Origin: an uncultured bacterium
GTDB lineage: Bacteria > Verrucomicrobiota > Verrucomicrobiia > Verrucomicrobiales > DEV007
Length of the DNA stretch: 64,000 nucleotides
Assembly: GCA_963977015.1 (NCBI GenBank)
Contig: CAXBMO010000011.1
Coordinates: 123,844-187,843, forward strand
Direction: 5' to 3'
Shown: in pieces, positions 44,704 through 55,878 of the stretch
How positions within the stretch are numbered: the stretch's first letter is position 1
How the letters are laid out: each line of letters begins with the position of its first letter
Translations under genes and position numbers: made by a program
Notes under the pieces: generated by a model
Database searches by the model: none
What the model was told of the DNA's origin: nothing
Seen by the model: the letters and a program-made list of their open reading frames with translations, nothing else

Positions 44704-47700
44704 TCAGGTAGTCAGCTTGGCACCGGGATCAACGCTGCGCAGATGCAGATCCATTTGAGGAAATGCGATTTCGATCCCTTCTTCGACAAAGCGCCGGTGG
44801 ATTTCGGAGTGGAGTTCGTGGGTGGTGAGGAGCCGGTTTTCCATGGTCGGCAAATAGCAGCGCAACACCAGATTCAGGGCGCTGTCGCCAAATGCCTCGA
44901 AGGCCACCATCGGCTTGGGATCCTCGGTCGTTGCCGGGTGACTGGCGGCGATCTCTTCCAGTAGGCGCGTTACCTTGTCGGTATCGCTTCCATAGGCGAC
45001 TCCGACCGGAATGACGATCCGGTTGATCGTATCCGTCAGCGTCCAGTTTTTGAGCGTGCCGGTGATGAATTCCTTGTTCGGGACGACGAACTCCTTGCGA
45101 TCCCAGTCGGTGATGGTCGTGGCGCGGATCTGGATGCGCGAAACGGTGCCCGTGACTTCCCCAATGGTGACGATGTCTCCCACCCGAATGGGGCGCTCGA
45201 AGAGCAGAATAATGCCGCTGACGAAGTTGGCGACAACTTCCTGAAGTCCAAAACCCAGGCCGACACTGAGGGCAGCCACGATCCAACCCAACCGCGACCA
45301 ATCCACGTTCAGAATCTGGAAGATGAACGAAATGCCGATGGCGACGACAACGTAGCCGATGAGTTTGGCGAAGGCCTTGCGGCTGCCGGCATCGACGGGC
45401 AATGTGCGGGCGAGGGCCAGTTCCAGAATGCCGGGCAGATTGCGGGCGCAGACGATGGTGATGACCGTCAGCAGGCTGGCGCCAAGCAGTTCGGCGACGG
45501 TGATTCCGCCGACGGCCACGACGGAATCGAGCCGCCGCAGGGCCGGGGCCGATCCCAGCCACGCAAACCAAATTCCGGCCACGACGCCGATTCCCACCAG
45601 AAAACGCAAAAGGGAGCGGGTTTGCGCACTCACCATCTTGAGGTCGATCTCCGGTTCAGCCAATTCCGTGCCGGGAATTTCTTCGGAGGCGACGCTTTCG
45701 TTTTCGGTCTGCGCGTGCCGTTTCTGGCGCCGCTCTTCAAGGATGCGTTCCAGTGCGATTTTACGTTCCTTTACGTTAAAGGCGCGCACGGCCAAGCCCA
45801 GGGCAACCGGCCCCGCAATGAGCCAGCAGGCAGTCAGTTGAAACCGGTAATTCAAAACGAACGCAGTCAGGTAATAGCCACTTGCTGCCAGAAGTGCCAG
45901 CGCCACCGGCAGGCCCACTGCCAACGTCGGCCATATTCCATGGTAGCGGTCGACCCAGCCACCGGGATTCTCCTCGATGAGCCCTGAGAGAACCCCGCGA
46001 CGAGGATCGGTGATTCGCTTTCCGACCCATGCCACCCAGATCATGGCGGCAATGAAGAGCAGGCGACCGAGGCTGTTGAAGGCTTCCGAGGACCCGGTTG
46101 CCACCGTGATGATGGCGAGCAAGATCAAGGGAACGTAGCCGTAAAACAGCAGTTCCAGATTGGAGCGCAAACACTCCAGGATGGTTGGTTTCCAGCCAAA
46201 GTGGCCCTCACCCAACCCGTTTCGCCGCGCCATCTGGTGGGTGAAATGGATCGATAAAATCGCGATAAATGACCAAATCAGTGCGTCGGCCACTCCCTGC
46301 AGCCAATCGGTGGCTGAGGGCAACTGGTAGATTTTCCAGCCCAGGTAGCCCAGAAACAGCGGCAATGGCAGGACACGCCCCACGGTTAGCGCCAGGGCGG
46401 CTCCGGTGTGCGCCCACCGGTCACTCGACGTCCGGCGTGTTTCCACGGCCAGCGCGTTGAGGGTTGCGTGCATTTTTCGGCGGCAGGCTGTCAGGCCCAG
46501 ACAAATGGCTGCGACCAGCGCAAATTGCCAGGGCGACTGACGGGGGATCTGAGTCATGGCACGAACGAAGTCCTGCAAATTTTCAACGCTGAACAAGGCC
46601 CTGGCCGCGGCGGGCACTTCCACAAACGTGCCCGGGCCCAAAATGGGGGAACTGGGTGCCCAGAACAACTGATCCCCGAGGAAGTTCCGGTATTCGGCGA
46701 TCTCGTCCCGATACTCCATTTCCGTGGCGCTCAGTTCGACAAGGTCTTCCCCCAGTCTCCGGTAGGCATCGCGCAACAACGTCAGCACTTCCTTCAGGTT
46801 TTCCAGAATGGGTTCGGCGGCGGCCCAATGCTCCTCATTTGCTTGCGCCTCTTCCTGCACTTCCGGAAGCTCCCGCAGTCTTCGGTCGACCTGAAACGCA
46901 GCGGCTCGAGCCTCGGAAAGTCGCTCTCCCAAGGCCTTGAGACTTGCCCGCCCCTGGCGCGGATTGGGCAGGGCCCGCCGTTCCTCAATCAAAATCTGGG
47001 CGAACGCCCCCTGAACGCCGCCGATGGCCAGTTGCTTGTCCACCTGGGCGGCCGTTTTGGAGAAGCTTGCCAGTTTCTGGGCGGCCTCCTTCCGCTCCTC
47101 GCTCAGCGCGGTAATTTGTCCGGTGAGGGTCTCATACTCATTGGAGCGCTCCGCCAGCTCGTCCGCCAGGTCGCGAACGAACGGGGATTGGTCTTCGGCC
47201 TCTGTGCGGGATTTTTCGGCAATCTGACGCGATTGCTCGGAAAGCATGCGCCGTTGTTCATCTCCCAGCGCCTGTAGTGCCGCCAGTCCCGCCGTGCCTA
47301 TGCGCACTTGATCCCGGAGCAGATCACGCTGCGCCGTGAGGAGCGCCAGCCGCGGTTCCCGGCTCAGTTGCTCCTGCTGTAGTGCGTCCAGCTTTTTGGT
47401 GGCGGCGATTTTTCGGGCCAACGATTTTGCCCTTCGGGCTTCTTGCAATATTTGGGGCGAAACCTCCTCGGTGGCGAGTTGAGCCAAGGCCGTTTCCGCT
47501 GCGGCCAAGGCTTCCCGCGCCGATTTCGTTTCCTTCGGAATGGCATCGGGCCGCACGGTTTCCTGCCGGAGCAATTCGTCTTCCCGGGCCGAAAGTTCGG
47601 ATTTCAATTCGGCCAACCGGGCCCGCTCCTGCGCAATGCGTTGTTCAAGTTGAGGGAGGTCGAGCTTGGTCGCCTCCTCTTTGAGCGAGGCCAGGCTCGC

Positions 47701-48054
47701 ATCATTGGTGGGGAGCGTTTGGCGCTGTTGCTGCGATTTCAGGGTCAGTTCACCCGCTTCCCCCAGCGCTTTGCGATAGCTGGCTGCCAGCCCCTCATTC
47801 CGAGTGGTTTCTTCCTGCAGGTCGATGGCTTGCTGGAACAGGTTGGCAACTTCCGAGCGAATCCCCTCGGGCAATTCCATATTCGACTTCGCCTCTTCCA
47901 TTCGGACTCGCAACGAGTCGGCGGATTGCACGGAGACTTCAGCCGCAGCGGGTGTCTCGTCCCGTGTGGGTTCACTTTGCTGGCCGTAAGTGGCTACGGA
48001 CGCAACCACTAGCGAAAGCAGAACGAGGATGGGGCATCTGATTAAGGCGAGCAT
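44704..48054 (-). CDS. Large mechanosensitive channel (MscK/KefA-like)
   Basis: Periplasmic coiled coil, multiple TMs, ALSVGLGFGLQEVVANFVSGIILLFERPIRVGD, IRATTITDWDRKE, FGDSALN, IAFPQMDLH. Confidence 0.93.
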   Translation of the reverse strand: MLALIRCPILVLLSLVVASVATYGQQSEPTRDETPAAAEVSVQSADSLRVRMEEAKSNMELPEGIRSEVANLFQQAIDLQEETTRNEGLAASYRKALGEAGELTLKSQQQRQTLPTNDASLASLKEEATKLDLPQLEQRIAQERARLAELKSELSAREDELLRQETVRPDAIPKETKSAREALAAAETALAQLATEEVSPQILQEARRAKSLARKIAATKKLDALQQEQLSREPRLALLTAQRDLLRDQVRIGTAGLAALQALGDEQRRMLSEQSRQIAEKSRTEAEDQSPFVRDLADELAERSNEYETLTGQITALSEERKEAAQKLASFSKTAAQVDKQLAIGGVQGAFAQILIEERRALPNPRQGRASLKALGERLSEARAAAFQVDRRLRELPEVQEEAQANEEHWAAAEPILENLKEVLTLLRDAYRRLGEDLVELSATEMEYRDEIAEYRNFLGDQLFWAPSSPILGPGTFVEVPAAARALFSVENLQDFVRAMTQIPRQSPWQFALVAAICLGLTACRRKMHATLNALAVETRRTSSDRWAHTGAALALTVGRVLPLPLFLGYLGWKIYQLPSATDWLQGVADALIWSFIAILSIHFTHQMARRNGLGEGHFGWKPTILECLRSNLELLFYGYVPLILLAIITVATGSSEAFNSLGRLLFIAAMIWVAWVGKRITDPRRGVLSGLIEENPGGWVDRYHGIWPTLAVGLPVALALLAASGYYLTAFVLNYRFQLTACWLIAGPVALGLAVRAFNVKERKIALERILEERRQKRHAQTENESVASEEIPGTELAEPEIDLKMVSAQTRSLLRFLVGIGVVAGIWFAWLGSAPALRRLDSVVAVGGITVAELLGASLLTVITIVCARNLPGILELALARTLPVDAGSRKAFAKLIGYVVVAIGISFIFQILNVDWSRLGWIVAALSVGLGFGLQEVVANFVSGIILLFERPIRVGDIVTIGEVTGTVSRIQIRATTITDWDRKEFVVPNKEFITGTLKNWTLTDTINRIVIPVGVAYGSDTDKVTRLLEEIAASHPATTEDPKPMVAFEAFGDSALNLVLRCYLPTMENRLLTTHELHSEIHRRFVEEGIEIAFPQMDLHLRSVDPGAKLTT

Positions 48055-48366
48055 ATTTCGAGCTTCTTATAAATTAGGATGGGCGAAAGTTCTACCATCG
48101 GTTTGCCACCTGTTTGAGGGAGGCGGCACGAAAGAATCCGCATCTCAGTGCCTTTGAACAGGCCGAAGGGCGTTCCTGATCCCGTTTCGGACCGGAATTG
48201 CCAGCGCCAGTTGGGATTCTCTTCGGGCAAAATCAGGAAATCCCTGACCATTTTCCACAATTGCGGTTGCGCCCGGGGATAAGCTCCCGCTAAGTGCTTG
48301 TCCTTTGCGGCTAATCCATTTTGGGATTTGGCCGCATCGCTGAGCACGATTTTCTGCTTCCCATAC

Positions 48367-51300
48367 ATGAATCCTGACCGCGCGACACTCAACTTCCTCA
48401 ATGCATTTCCAGAAGACAATCGTAAGGAGGGCGAGCGACTCCAGAAGGAGGGCTGCGTTGTCCAGATTTTCGGAACCAGTATCAAAGTTCAGGGAAAAGT
48501 TGAGGAAGGGCGTTCCGCCTGTCGCACCACAATCAAACTGAGCGGAAACGCTTGGGAAGGCGATTGCTCCTGTCATGAAGGCATTCAGTGCCCGTCGCTG
48601 GTGGCCACGATGATGGAGCGCCTGGCTCGCAATGGTGAGTTGCCGGAATCTCCCAACGAGGTCGAGGATCAGTCGCTTACCGAAATTCTTGAGGGAAAAC
48701 TGAATCGCCCGGTTTCCGACAATGAGGCGAAATACGTCGAGAAGCTGGAACAGCGCTATCGCCGGTTCGAGACCGAAGGCCGGATGACGGATCACGATAT
48801 GGCTCGGCTTTATCCGAAGTGGCCGATCGAATCCTACGACGATGCGATTCAACTCTGGCCGGTGCCGCCGAACGATATTATCCAGTTCTGGAACTACATC
48901 GCCTACCACTTCGACAATCGGAACATGCCGTATCCCAAATTTTTGGGGGTGGTGACCGATTTGGCTGCAGTCGAGGCATCGATGAAGGAGTGGGAACGCG
49001 AGAAAGCTGAGGAAGAATGGCGCCAGACGGTTTGCGCCTTTTCCGAGGTGGATCTTGATGATCCCCTGCATTTGGAAATGCGCCTGCTGTTGACCACGAG
49101 CGAAGCACGGTTGCAGTGGAAGGGAACCGACGCCGAGAAGTTCGATACGGTGCTGCAGAAGTCGGATTTGCTTCGTCTGAAGGGCTTGTACAAAAATGGA
49201 GCGCTGCGATTGAACGGCGCTTCCGCCCTAGTCTGGGAAGAATTTATTGGAGCACTCGGTGAGGAGGAGGAAGCGATCACCCTGCGGCTGGAGTCGTATG
49301 AACAGGCCGGGGTCTTGAACCGGATTCTCCATACCGAAGAATTGGCGGGACGACTGGTGAACCTCGACGATCGAGTCGTCAAACTGGACGATCGGCCGGT
49401 GAGCTGGGTTTGCGAGATTAGCCAGGTGGAAGAGGAAGACGTTTATTATCTTCAACTCATTTCGGCCGAGGGAGAGCCGATTCCGCACACCGTGCGCCTG
49501 CTTCCGGGATTGAGTTGTCTGTATTTGGGGGACGAAACCGCGTTTCCCGGGCCGACATTTTGGGGCGAGGGAACGGAGATTCAGCCGCGCTATGCGATTC
49601 CAAGCAAGGTCATTTTGAGTGAGCCGGGGGTTGCATTCCTCGGCGGAGTTGGCGCAGATCTTCCCGAGTCACTCATGAAGATGATTCGTGAGGAAACCAT
49701 GAAGGTGCGCATGAATCTTCGGTTGAGCCAGAAACTGACGGGAAGCGAGAGCGAGAATCTGTTGGTGGAAGTGACCGCGATTGATGAGCCGGAAACCCGG
49801 CGTGAAGTGTTGGAGAAGGAAGGCTGGATTATCGCCGAGCGGAAGGAAGGCACGAACGGAGTGATTTACCGTTACGATCGCGCTCAGCTGCGACGCTTCC
49901 CGGCATTGATGGAGCCGATGAGCCTGTCCTGGGATGCCGGCAAAAAGGCATTTCGCGGACGGGTTACGAAAACCTTCCCTGAGAAGTTTGTGAATTGGTA
50001 TGAGTCGCTTCCCGAGGGGATCGACAAGGAAGTTGATGAGCATCTTGGCTCGCTCATGGCCGATCCGATCAAGGCTTCGGTTACCTTCGATATTGTTGCG
50101 AGCGAGATCGACTGGTTTGATCTCAAGATTGTGGTCAACGTGGAGGGACTCAACCTTTCGACCCAGGAGATCAAAGCTCTGGTTGCCGCTCGCGGGGGCT
50201 TTGTCCGGATGAAGGACGGAACCTGGTTGCGCTTGGAAATTGATTTGACCGAGCAGCAGACGGAGGCCGTGAATCGCCTTGGCCTGGATCCGTTTGATCT
50301 TACTGGAGAGAGCCACCGGATGCACGTCCTGCAGTTGAACGAACCACTCGCCAAAGAGGTCTTTGACGAAGAGGCGTGGAACAAAATCTGTGAGCGGAGC
50401 AATGCTCTCAAGTTGCAGGTTAGTCCCGCTGTTCCGGAGCAATTGCAACTTCAGCTTCGACCTTACCAGATCGAAGGTTACCAATTCCTTTCCTACCTCT
50501 CGACCAACGGTTTCGGCGGAATTCTGGCTGATGACATGGGTCTTGGTAAAACGGTGCAGGCCATCACCTGGCTTCTCTGGCTCCGAAACCAGAAGGACAA
50601 TGAATGCAAGCCCACGCTCGTGGTCTGCCCCAAGTCCGTGCTCGATGTTTGGGCCGGTGAGGTGAAGAAGTTTGCTCCTCACCTCCGCGTTCGCATCCTC
50701 CGCAACAAGTTTGAGCTGAACATGGACGAGATCGCGACGGACGTCGATGTCCTCGTGCTCAACTACAGCCAGCTTCGCGTCAATGCCGAGCCGCTCGGCA
50801 CCCAGCAGTGGCTCGCGATGATTCTGGACGAAGGTCAACAGATTAAGAACCCGGATTCGAAAGCGGCGAAAGCAGCTCGCGCGATGGAAAGCGACAACCG
50901 CCTCGTCCTCACCGGTACTCCGATCGAGAACCGCCTCCTCGATATCTGGAGCTTGATGGCCTTTGCCATGCCCGGCGTGTTGGGAACCCGCAAATATTTC
51001 CGCGAACGCTTTGATCGTCGCAAGGATCCCCAGTGCCAGATTCGTCTCGGTGCGCGCCTCCGCCCCTTCCTTCTGCGGCGAACCAAAGGTCAGGTCGCTC
51101 TCGATCTGCCGCCGAGAACGGAGGAAGATGTGCTTTGTAAAATGGAGGGCGAACAGGATTCCCTCTATCAGGCTGAAGTGAAGCGGATTCAGGAGACGTT
51201 GCTCAACGTCAAGAACGATGAGGATTTCAACCGCGCGAGATTTACGGTTCTGCAGGGATTGACCCGCCTCCGCCAGATTTGCTGTCACCCCGGTCTCTTC

Positions 51301-51840
51301 GAACGGGCCTACATGGAGGACGAGAGCGCCAAATTCACCGCGTTGTTCTACCTGCTCGATCAATTGAAGGAGGAAGGCCACAAGGTTCTCGTCTTCAGCC
51401 AGTTCGTCTCCATGCTTGAGATCATTCGGGAGCGTCTCGTTGAGGAGGATCGCCCCTATACCATGCTGACGGGCCAGACTCGTGATCGCCAGAAGGTCAT
51501 CGAGGAATTCCAGACTTCCAACGACCCAACCGTTTTCCTCCTGTCACTCAAGGCGGGTGGTAGCGGTCTCAACCTCACGGCGGCCAGTTACGTCGTTCTT
51601 TACGATCCATGGTGGAATCCGGCGGTGGAAAACCAGGCGATTGACCGGACTCACCGGATTGGCCAGCAGAACAAGGTGATCGCCTATCGCCTCCTCATGC
51701 GCGACAGCGTCGAGGAGAAGATCCGCATTCTCCAAAAGCAGAAGGAAGCCACCGCAACTGGCGTTCTCGGTGAAGAAGGCTTTGCCAAGACGCTCACCCG
51801 CGATGACCTGAGCTTCTTGTTTGAGACGGCCGCGGGGTAA
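48367..51840 (+). CDS. SNF2-family helicase with SWIM-like N-terminus
   Basis: CSC....C region, LRPYQ, LADDMGLGKT, LDEGQ, LTGTPIEN, LLRRTK, VLVFSQF, QAIDRTHRIGQ; start ATG 48367. Confidence 0.95.
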   Translation: MNPDRATLNFLNAFPEDNRKEGERLQKEGCVVQIFGTSIKVQGKVEEGRSACRTTIKLSGNAWEGDCSCHEGIQCPSLVATMMERLARNGELPESPNEVEDQSLTEILEGKLNRPVSDNEAKYVEKLEQRYRRFETEGRMTDHDMARLYPKWPIESYDDAIQLWPVPPNDIIQFWNYIAYHFDNRNMPYPKFLGVVTDLAAVEASMKEWEREKAEEEWRQTVCAFSEVDLDDPLHLEMRLLLTTSEARLQWKGTDAEKFDTVLQKSDLLRLKGLYKNGALRLNGASALVWEEFIGALGEEEEAITLRLESYEQAGVLNRILHTEELAGRLVNLDDRVVKLDDRPVSWVCEISQVEEEDVYYLQLISAEGEPIPHTVRLLPGLSCLYLGDETAFPGPTFWGEGTEIQPRYAIPSKVILSEPGVAFLGGVGADLPESLMKMIREETMKVRMNLRLSQKLTGSESENLLVEVTAIDEPETRREVLEKEGWIIAERKEGTNGVIYRYDRAQLRRFPALMEPMSLSWDAGKKAFRGRVTKTFPEKFVNWYESLPEGIDKEVDEHLGSLMADPIKASVTFDIVASEIDWFDLKIVVNVEGLNLSTQEIKALVAARGGFVRMKDGTWLRLEIDLTEQQTEAVNRLGLDPFDLTGESHRMHVLQLNEPLAKEVFDEEAWNKICERSNALKLQVSPAVPEQLQLQLRPYQIEGYQFLSYLSTNGFGGILADDMGLGKTVQAITWLLWLRNQKDNECKPTLVVCPKSVLDVWAGEVKKFAPHLRVRILRNKFELNMDEIATDVDVLVLNYSQLRVNAEPLGTQQWLAMILDEGQQIKNPDSKAAKAARAMESDNRLVLTGTPIENRLLDIWSLMAFAMPGVLGTRKYFRERFDRRKDPQCQIRLGARLRPFLLRRTKGQVALDLPPRTEEDVLCKMEGEQDSLYQAEVKRIQETLLNVKNDEDFNRARFTVLQGLTRLRQICCHPGLFERAYMEDESAKFTALFYLLDQLKEEGHKVLVFSQFVSMLEIIRERLVEEDRPYTMLTGQTRDRQKVIEEFQTSNDPTVFLLSLKAGGSGLNLTAASYVVLYDPWWNPAVENQAIDRTHRIGQQNKVIAYRLLMRDSVEEKIRILQKQKEATATGVLGEEGFAKTLTRDDLSFLFETAAG

Positions 51841-51843
51841 GTC

Positions 51844-52281
51844 ATGCGTCATCCGATCGACCAGGTTGATGCACTTTACGAGGGAATCGGCGGTCTACTC
51901 GGCTCTGTCCTGGCGGCATTTGTTCTTGGGATTTTCGGTTTGCTTACCAATCTGGTATCGCGATTGCCGGTTCCGGTCATTCCAAGAACGAGGCCGGAGT
52001 GGGTCCTGGACCTGATTGCGCCCATTTCCCCGATTCTCTGGCTTGCCAATGTGATCGGGCTCTGCTTCGCGATTTACTACCTGGCAACCGGGGTGCTGGA
52101 AAAACGAATCGCGCTCTTCTGGTATTACGCCGGTGGTTGCGGATTGTTTGCCCCCATCGGGTTGTACGGCGGCTACTGGTGGCTGTCGCTCATGCTCTTC
52201 ACGACGGTTTGCATCTACTATTGGTACGCGGTGCCCTTGGCTGGGAAATTGTTGAGCCGCCAGCGGGGGCTGAGTGAGTAG
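51844..52281 (+). CDS. Hypothetical membrane protein
   Basis: About 4 hydrophobic segments; starts 3 bp after the helicase stop. Confidence 0.65.
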   Translation: MRHPIDQVDALYEGIGGLLGSVLAAFVLGIFGLLTNLVSRLPVPVIPRTRPEWVLDLIAPISPILWLANVIGLCFAIYYLATGVLEKRIALFWYYAGGCGLFAPIGLYGGYWWLSLMLFTTVCIYYWYAVPLAGKLLSRQRGLSE

Positions 52282-52313
52282 GCGGAAGAGTTGATGCAGG
52301 CTTTGATCCGGCC

Positions 52314-52637
52314 CTACCGCGTGCAGAAGCCCCAGACGCAGGCGGACCAGACGCAGCCAAAGGCGAGGGAAAGTCCGAACCCGGTGAAGAAGAAGGCCAC
52401 GGGAGCCTTGGTTTTCCAACGGAGGGAGGTGATGTAGCCGCCGAGAAGGGGGACAATCCCAATGATGGGAAAGATGATTGCGGCGAGGCCGATGTAGGGA
52501 TCGCTCTTGCCGGTGACGAAAATGAGGAGGCCGCCAATGATGGCGATGGCAAATGGAGCAACGAAGGCAATGACGAGGTTGGTTTTGGCGTAACGCTGCT
52601 TTGGGTCTTCGGGAGGTGTCGTGGGCTCGTTGCTCAT
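52314..52637 (-). CDS. Hypothetical 3-TM membrane protein
   Basis: Three hydrophobic segments; fills the gap before nadB. Confidence 0.65.
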   Translation of the reverse strand: MSNEPTTPPEDPKQRYAKTNLVIAFVAPFAIAIIGGLLIFVTGKSDPYIGLAAIIFPIIGIVPLLGGYITSLRWKTKAPVAFFFTGFGLSLAFGCVWSACVWGFCTR

Positions 52638-52732
52638 GGCTGGTCCGGAAAGTATCGCTCAAAAACGGGAGGATGTGCAAGATTGTTCGGTGTGCTTGCG
52701 CGGGCCGAGTCCCAGTGCCAAACTGCCAGTTC

Positions 52733-54334
52733 ATGGAATCCTACGACTTCATTGTCATTGGGAGCGGCATCGCCGGTCTCACCTTCGCGCTGAATGCGTC
52801 GAAACACGGAAGCGTGTGTATCGTGACGAAACGGAATGCGGAGGATGCGAATACGTCGTGGGCGCAGGGAGGGATTTCGTGCGTCTGGAGCCCGGAGGAT
52901 TCCTTTGAAAAGCACGTCGCAGATACGCTGGATGCGGGGGCGGGATTGTGCCGGGAAGATGTGGTTCGGCAAATTGTGAAGGAAGCTCCCGATGCGATCG
53001 AGGATTTGATCCAGGCCGGGGTGAAGTTCGATCGGCGAAAAAATGACGACGGAGATGATGAATATGATTTGGGCCGGGAAGGTGGCCATTCCAAGCGCCG
53101 CATTCTGCACACCGCTGATACCACCGGGCGCGAGATTGAAACGAGGCTGATTGAGCGCGTTCGCGAGACGAAGAACATTGAGGTTCTGGAGCATCACTTC
53201 GCGATTGACCTGATCACGACGAGCAAGATGGGATACGCGTCGGAAGATCGCTGTGTTGGAGTTTACGTATTTGACGAATTGGATAGCGACGTGATGACGC
53301 TGCGCTCCAATCGCATCATTCTCTGCACCGGCGGGAGTGGGCGCGTTTACCTTTATACTACGAACCCGAAGATCGCGACGGGGGATGGAGTCGCGATGGC
53401 CTGGCGCGCTGGCGCGGAGGTGGCGAACATGGAGTTTACCCAGTTCCATCCAACGTCGCTTTACAATTCCAAACTGAAGTCGTTTCTGATTTCTGAAGCG
53501 GTGAGAGGGGAGGGCGGACGTTTAACCGATAAGCATGGAAACGATTTCATGCCCAAATACGACAAACGTGGAAGCCTGGCACCGCGGGACATTGTGGCAC
53601 GTGCGATCGATACGGAGATCAAGCGGACCGGTGGACCGTTTGTCTATCTGGACATCAGCCACAAGCCGAAGGACTTCATTGCGAAGCGGTTTCCCAATAT
53701 TTACGAAACCTGTCTGAGTGTGGACATCGATGCGGCGAAGGAACCAATCCCGGTGGTGCCTGCAGCGCATTATCAATGCGGCGGGGTGGTGACCGATATG
53801 AATGGTGCGACCAGTATTCGCGGACTCTATGCGGTGGGAGAAGTGGCTTGCACGGGGCTTCACGGCGCGAATCGACTGGCGAGTAACTCGCTGTTGGAAG
53901 GCGCAGTGGTCGCGAAACGAGCGGTGGATGACATCATCCGGAAGTTGCCGCTCAAAGGAGTGACGCCGCAGCTTTTTGAATTGCCGGCGTGGGAATCGGG
54001 CGAGGCGGAAGATGTGGATGAACTGGTCGTGATTTTCCACAACTGGGACGAAATCCGCCGTTTGATGTGGGATTATGTTAGTATCGTGCGGACGAGCAAG
54101 CGCCTGCAACGGGCGTCAACGCGCTTGCGGAATCTGAACCGGGAGGTGCAGGAGTTTTACTGGAACTTCAAGATCTGCACCGAGTTGCTGGAATTGAGGA
54201 ACCTGCTCGACACCGCATCCCTGATGGTGGATTGCGCAATGCGGCGAAAAGAAAGTCGGGGCCTTCACTATACCCTGGATTTTCCGGAGCGAGATGAGCG
54301 ACTTTGCGCGGACACGGTTTTGCGCAGGTTTTAA
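52733..54334 (+). CDS. nadB: L-aspartate oxidase
   Basis: IGSGIAGL, WAQGGI, REGGHS.RRILH, QFHPT, SEAVRGEG, LAPRDIVARAI, PAAHY.CGG, GLHGANRLASNSLLE, ESRGLHY. Confidence 0.97.
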   Translation: MESYDFIVIGSGIAGLTFALNASKHGSVCIVTKRNAEDANTSWAQGGISCVWSPEDSFEKHVADTLDAGAGLCREDVVRQIVKEAPDAIEDLIQAGVKFDRRKNDDGDDEYDLGREGGHSKRRILHTADTTGREIETRLIERVRETKNIEVLEHHFAIDLITTSKMGYASEDRCVGVYVFDELDSDVMTLRSNRIILCTGGSGRVYLYTTNPKIATGDGVAMAWRAGAEVANMEFTQFHPTSLYNSKLKSFLISEAVRGEGGRLTDKHGNDFMPKYDKRGSLAPRDIVARAIDTEIKRTGGPFVYLDISHKPKDFIAKRFPNIYETCLSVDIDAAKEPIPVVPAAHYQCGGVVTDMNGATSIRGLYAVGEVACTGLHGANRLASNSLLEGAVVAKRAVDDIIRKLPLKGVTPQLFELPAWESGEAEDVDELVVIFHNWDEIRRLMWDYVSIVRTSKRLQRASTRLRNLNREVQEFYWNFKICTELLELRNLLDTASLMVDCAMRRKESRGLHYTLDFPERDERLCADTVLRRF

Positions 54335-54434
54335 AGTCGTTGGCAATCAACGGGTTGACGGAAATCGATTTGGCGTGCTCAAAAAGAGGTTGAGTATGCC
54401 CGAACCAAAGCCAAAGTTCTGGGGAATTCTTAGC

Positions 54435-54827
54435 ATGGCAGTCAACGTATTTTTGATAGATCGGGATTTGGTTTGCGTAGTGGTGGAAGGTAATTTTGGA
54501 ATGGGGCAGGCTGAACAAATGTTGAGAGACATTGCGGAGATTCTCCCGGATCAGGAAGGTGACTTTGATGTGTTGATGGATGGATTCGGGCTCGATTCAG
54601 AAGGGCTTGGGATTACGGAAATGGACTCCCTTGCCAGGCGGGTTGCCCGGCAGCCCTGTAGTTCGAGAATTCGCAAAATGGCGCTGGTTGCGGGGTGTGG
54701 AAAAACGCTTGGGCTCTTTAAGCTGTACACCCAATTCGCTGACAATAATGGCGAAATGCAGATTTTCCGAAGCCCCGGAGAGGCGAAGAAGTGGATTTTG
54801 GAAGAGGTTGATCAGCCCCAGATCTGA
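54435..54827 (+). CDS. Small STAS/SpoIIAA-like protein
   Basis: RKMALV and IFRSPGEAKKWI patterns; start uncertain. Confidence 0.6.
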   Translation: MAVNVFLIDRDLVCVVVEGNFGMGQAEQMLRDIAEILPDQEGDFDVLMDGFGLDSEGLGITEMDSLARRVARQPCSSRIRKMALVAGCGKTLGLFKLYTQFADNNGEMQIFRSPGEAKKWILEEVDQPQI

Positions 54828-55696
54828 GCGATTTTTTTCTGGAGGAACGCCACACTGCGTTCGAGTTGATCAAAACCGTCGACACCATCTTCAATGCTGA
54901 TCCAACCGTCGAAACCGACGCGTTTCAGTTCCGCAAAAATCGCGTCGTAGTCGTTCAGGCCTTTGCCAATTTCTCCATGTTTCAACCGTTTGGCGTATCC
55001 TTCCGGGCCGGATTCTTCACGCTTCAAATCTTCGATGGTGCCTTCGATCAGGTAGCGGTCACTGGCATGCATCGTCACTACTCGATTGGAGACTCGGCGC
55101 AAAAGTTCCAGCGGATCTTCGCCAGCCAGGATCGTATTGCTGGGATCGTAGTTTACGCCAAAATTCGTCGCGCTCACGGATTCGACCAAGTCGCAGAAAA
55201 CGTCGCTCAGTTGGGCGAATTCGGGATAGTTCCAGAAGTCGTCCTTGTAGTGATTTTCCAAAATCAGCGTGATTCCCATGGGCGCGGCGTAGGCTGCGCA
55301 TTCATCGATGCATTCGGCGGCGAGCTTCACGCCCTCTGAAACGGAAAGTTCCGGACGGCGTTGGCCGGACAAAACTCGGCAGTAGTTGGCGCCGAGGGCT
55401 TTGGAGAGTTCAATCCAGCGTTTTTCCTGCTCAATCTGAGCCTGGCGAAACGCGACGTCGGGATGGGTGAAATCCGGCGAGCAACACATCATTGGGATGC
55501 ACATGCCTTCATCTTCCACTCTCAGTCGGATCGGTTCCCAATTGGTTTCGTCCTCCAATTCGAGGAAACCGGCGTAAAACTCCAAGCCATCAACGTCCAG
55601 CTGCGACGCCATGTCGATCCACTCGGCAATCCCCATACTCCCATCTTTGCAGAGGGCGTGCATATAGGGTTTGGGAAAGGCGGCAAGTCGAGGCAT
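54812..55696 (-). CDS. Sugar phosphate isomerase/epimerase (xylose isomerase-like TIM barrel)
   Basis: DGLEF, CRVLSG, LENH, NYDPSN, MHASDR, GWISIED. Confidence 0.9.
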   Translation of the reverse strand: MPRLAAFPKPYMHALCKDGSMGIAEWIDMASQLDVDGLEFYAGFLELEDETNWEPIRLRVEDEGMCIPMMCCSPDFTHPDVAFRQAQIEQEKRWIELSKALGANYCRVLSGQRRPELSVSEGVKLAAECIDECAAYAAPMGITLILENHYKDDFWNYPEFAQLSDVFCDLVESVSATNFGVNYDPSNTILAGEDPLELLRRVSNRVVTMHASDRYLIEGTIEDLKREESGPEGYAKRLKHGEIGKGLNDYDAIFAELKRVGFDGWISIEDGVDGFDQLERSVAFLQKKIAQIWG

Positions 55697-55878
55697 TGGA
55701 GCCAACTTGGAAGACAATTGAAGTCGCGTCAATGAGGTGTCGCGGTCCCGGTCGTGAATTCGAAATTCAACGGGTGGCATTGACAGCTACGCAAATTTTG
55801 CTAAAAATCCCTCTTGTTATCAATTTTATTATTATTATCTAAATTGATTCTCAATTAACCCACCTTCGGATTTCTCCC

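Noticed and set aside
49669-51381. 570-aa minus-strand ORF
   Set aside because: Antisense shadow of the SNF2 helicase.
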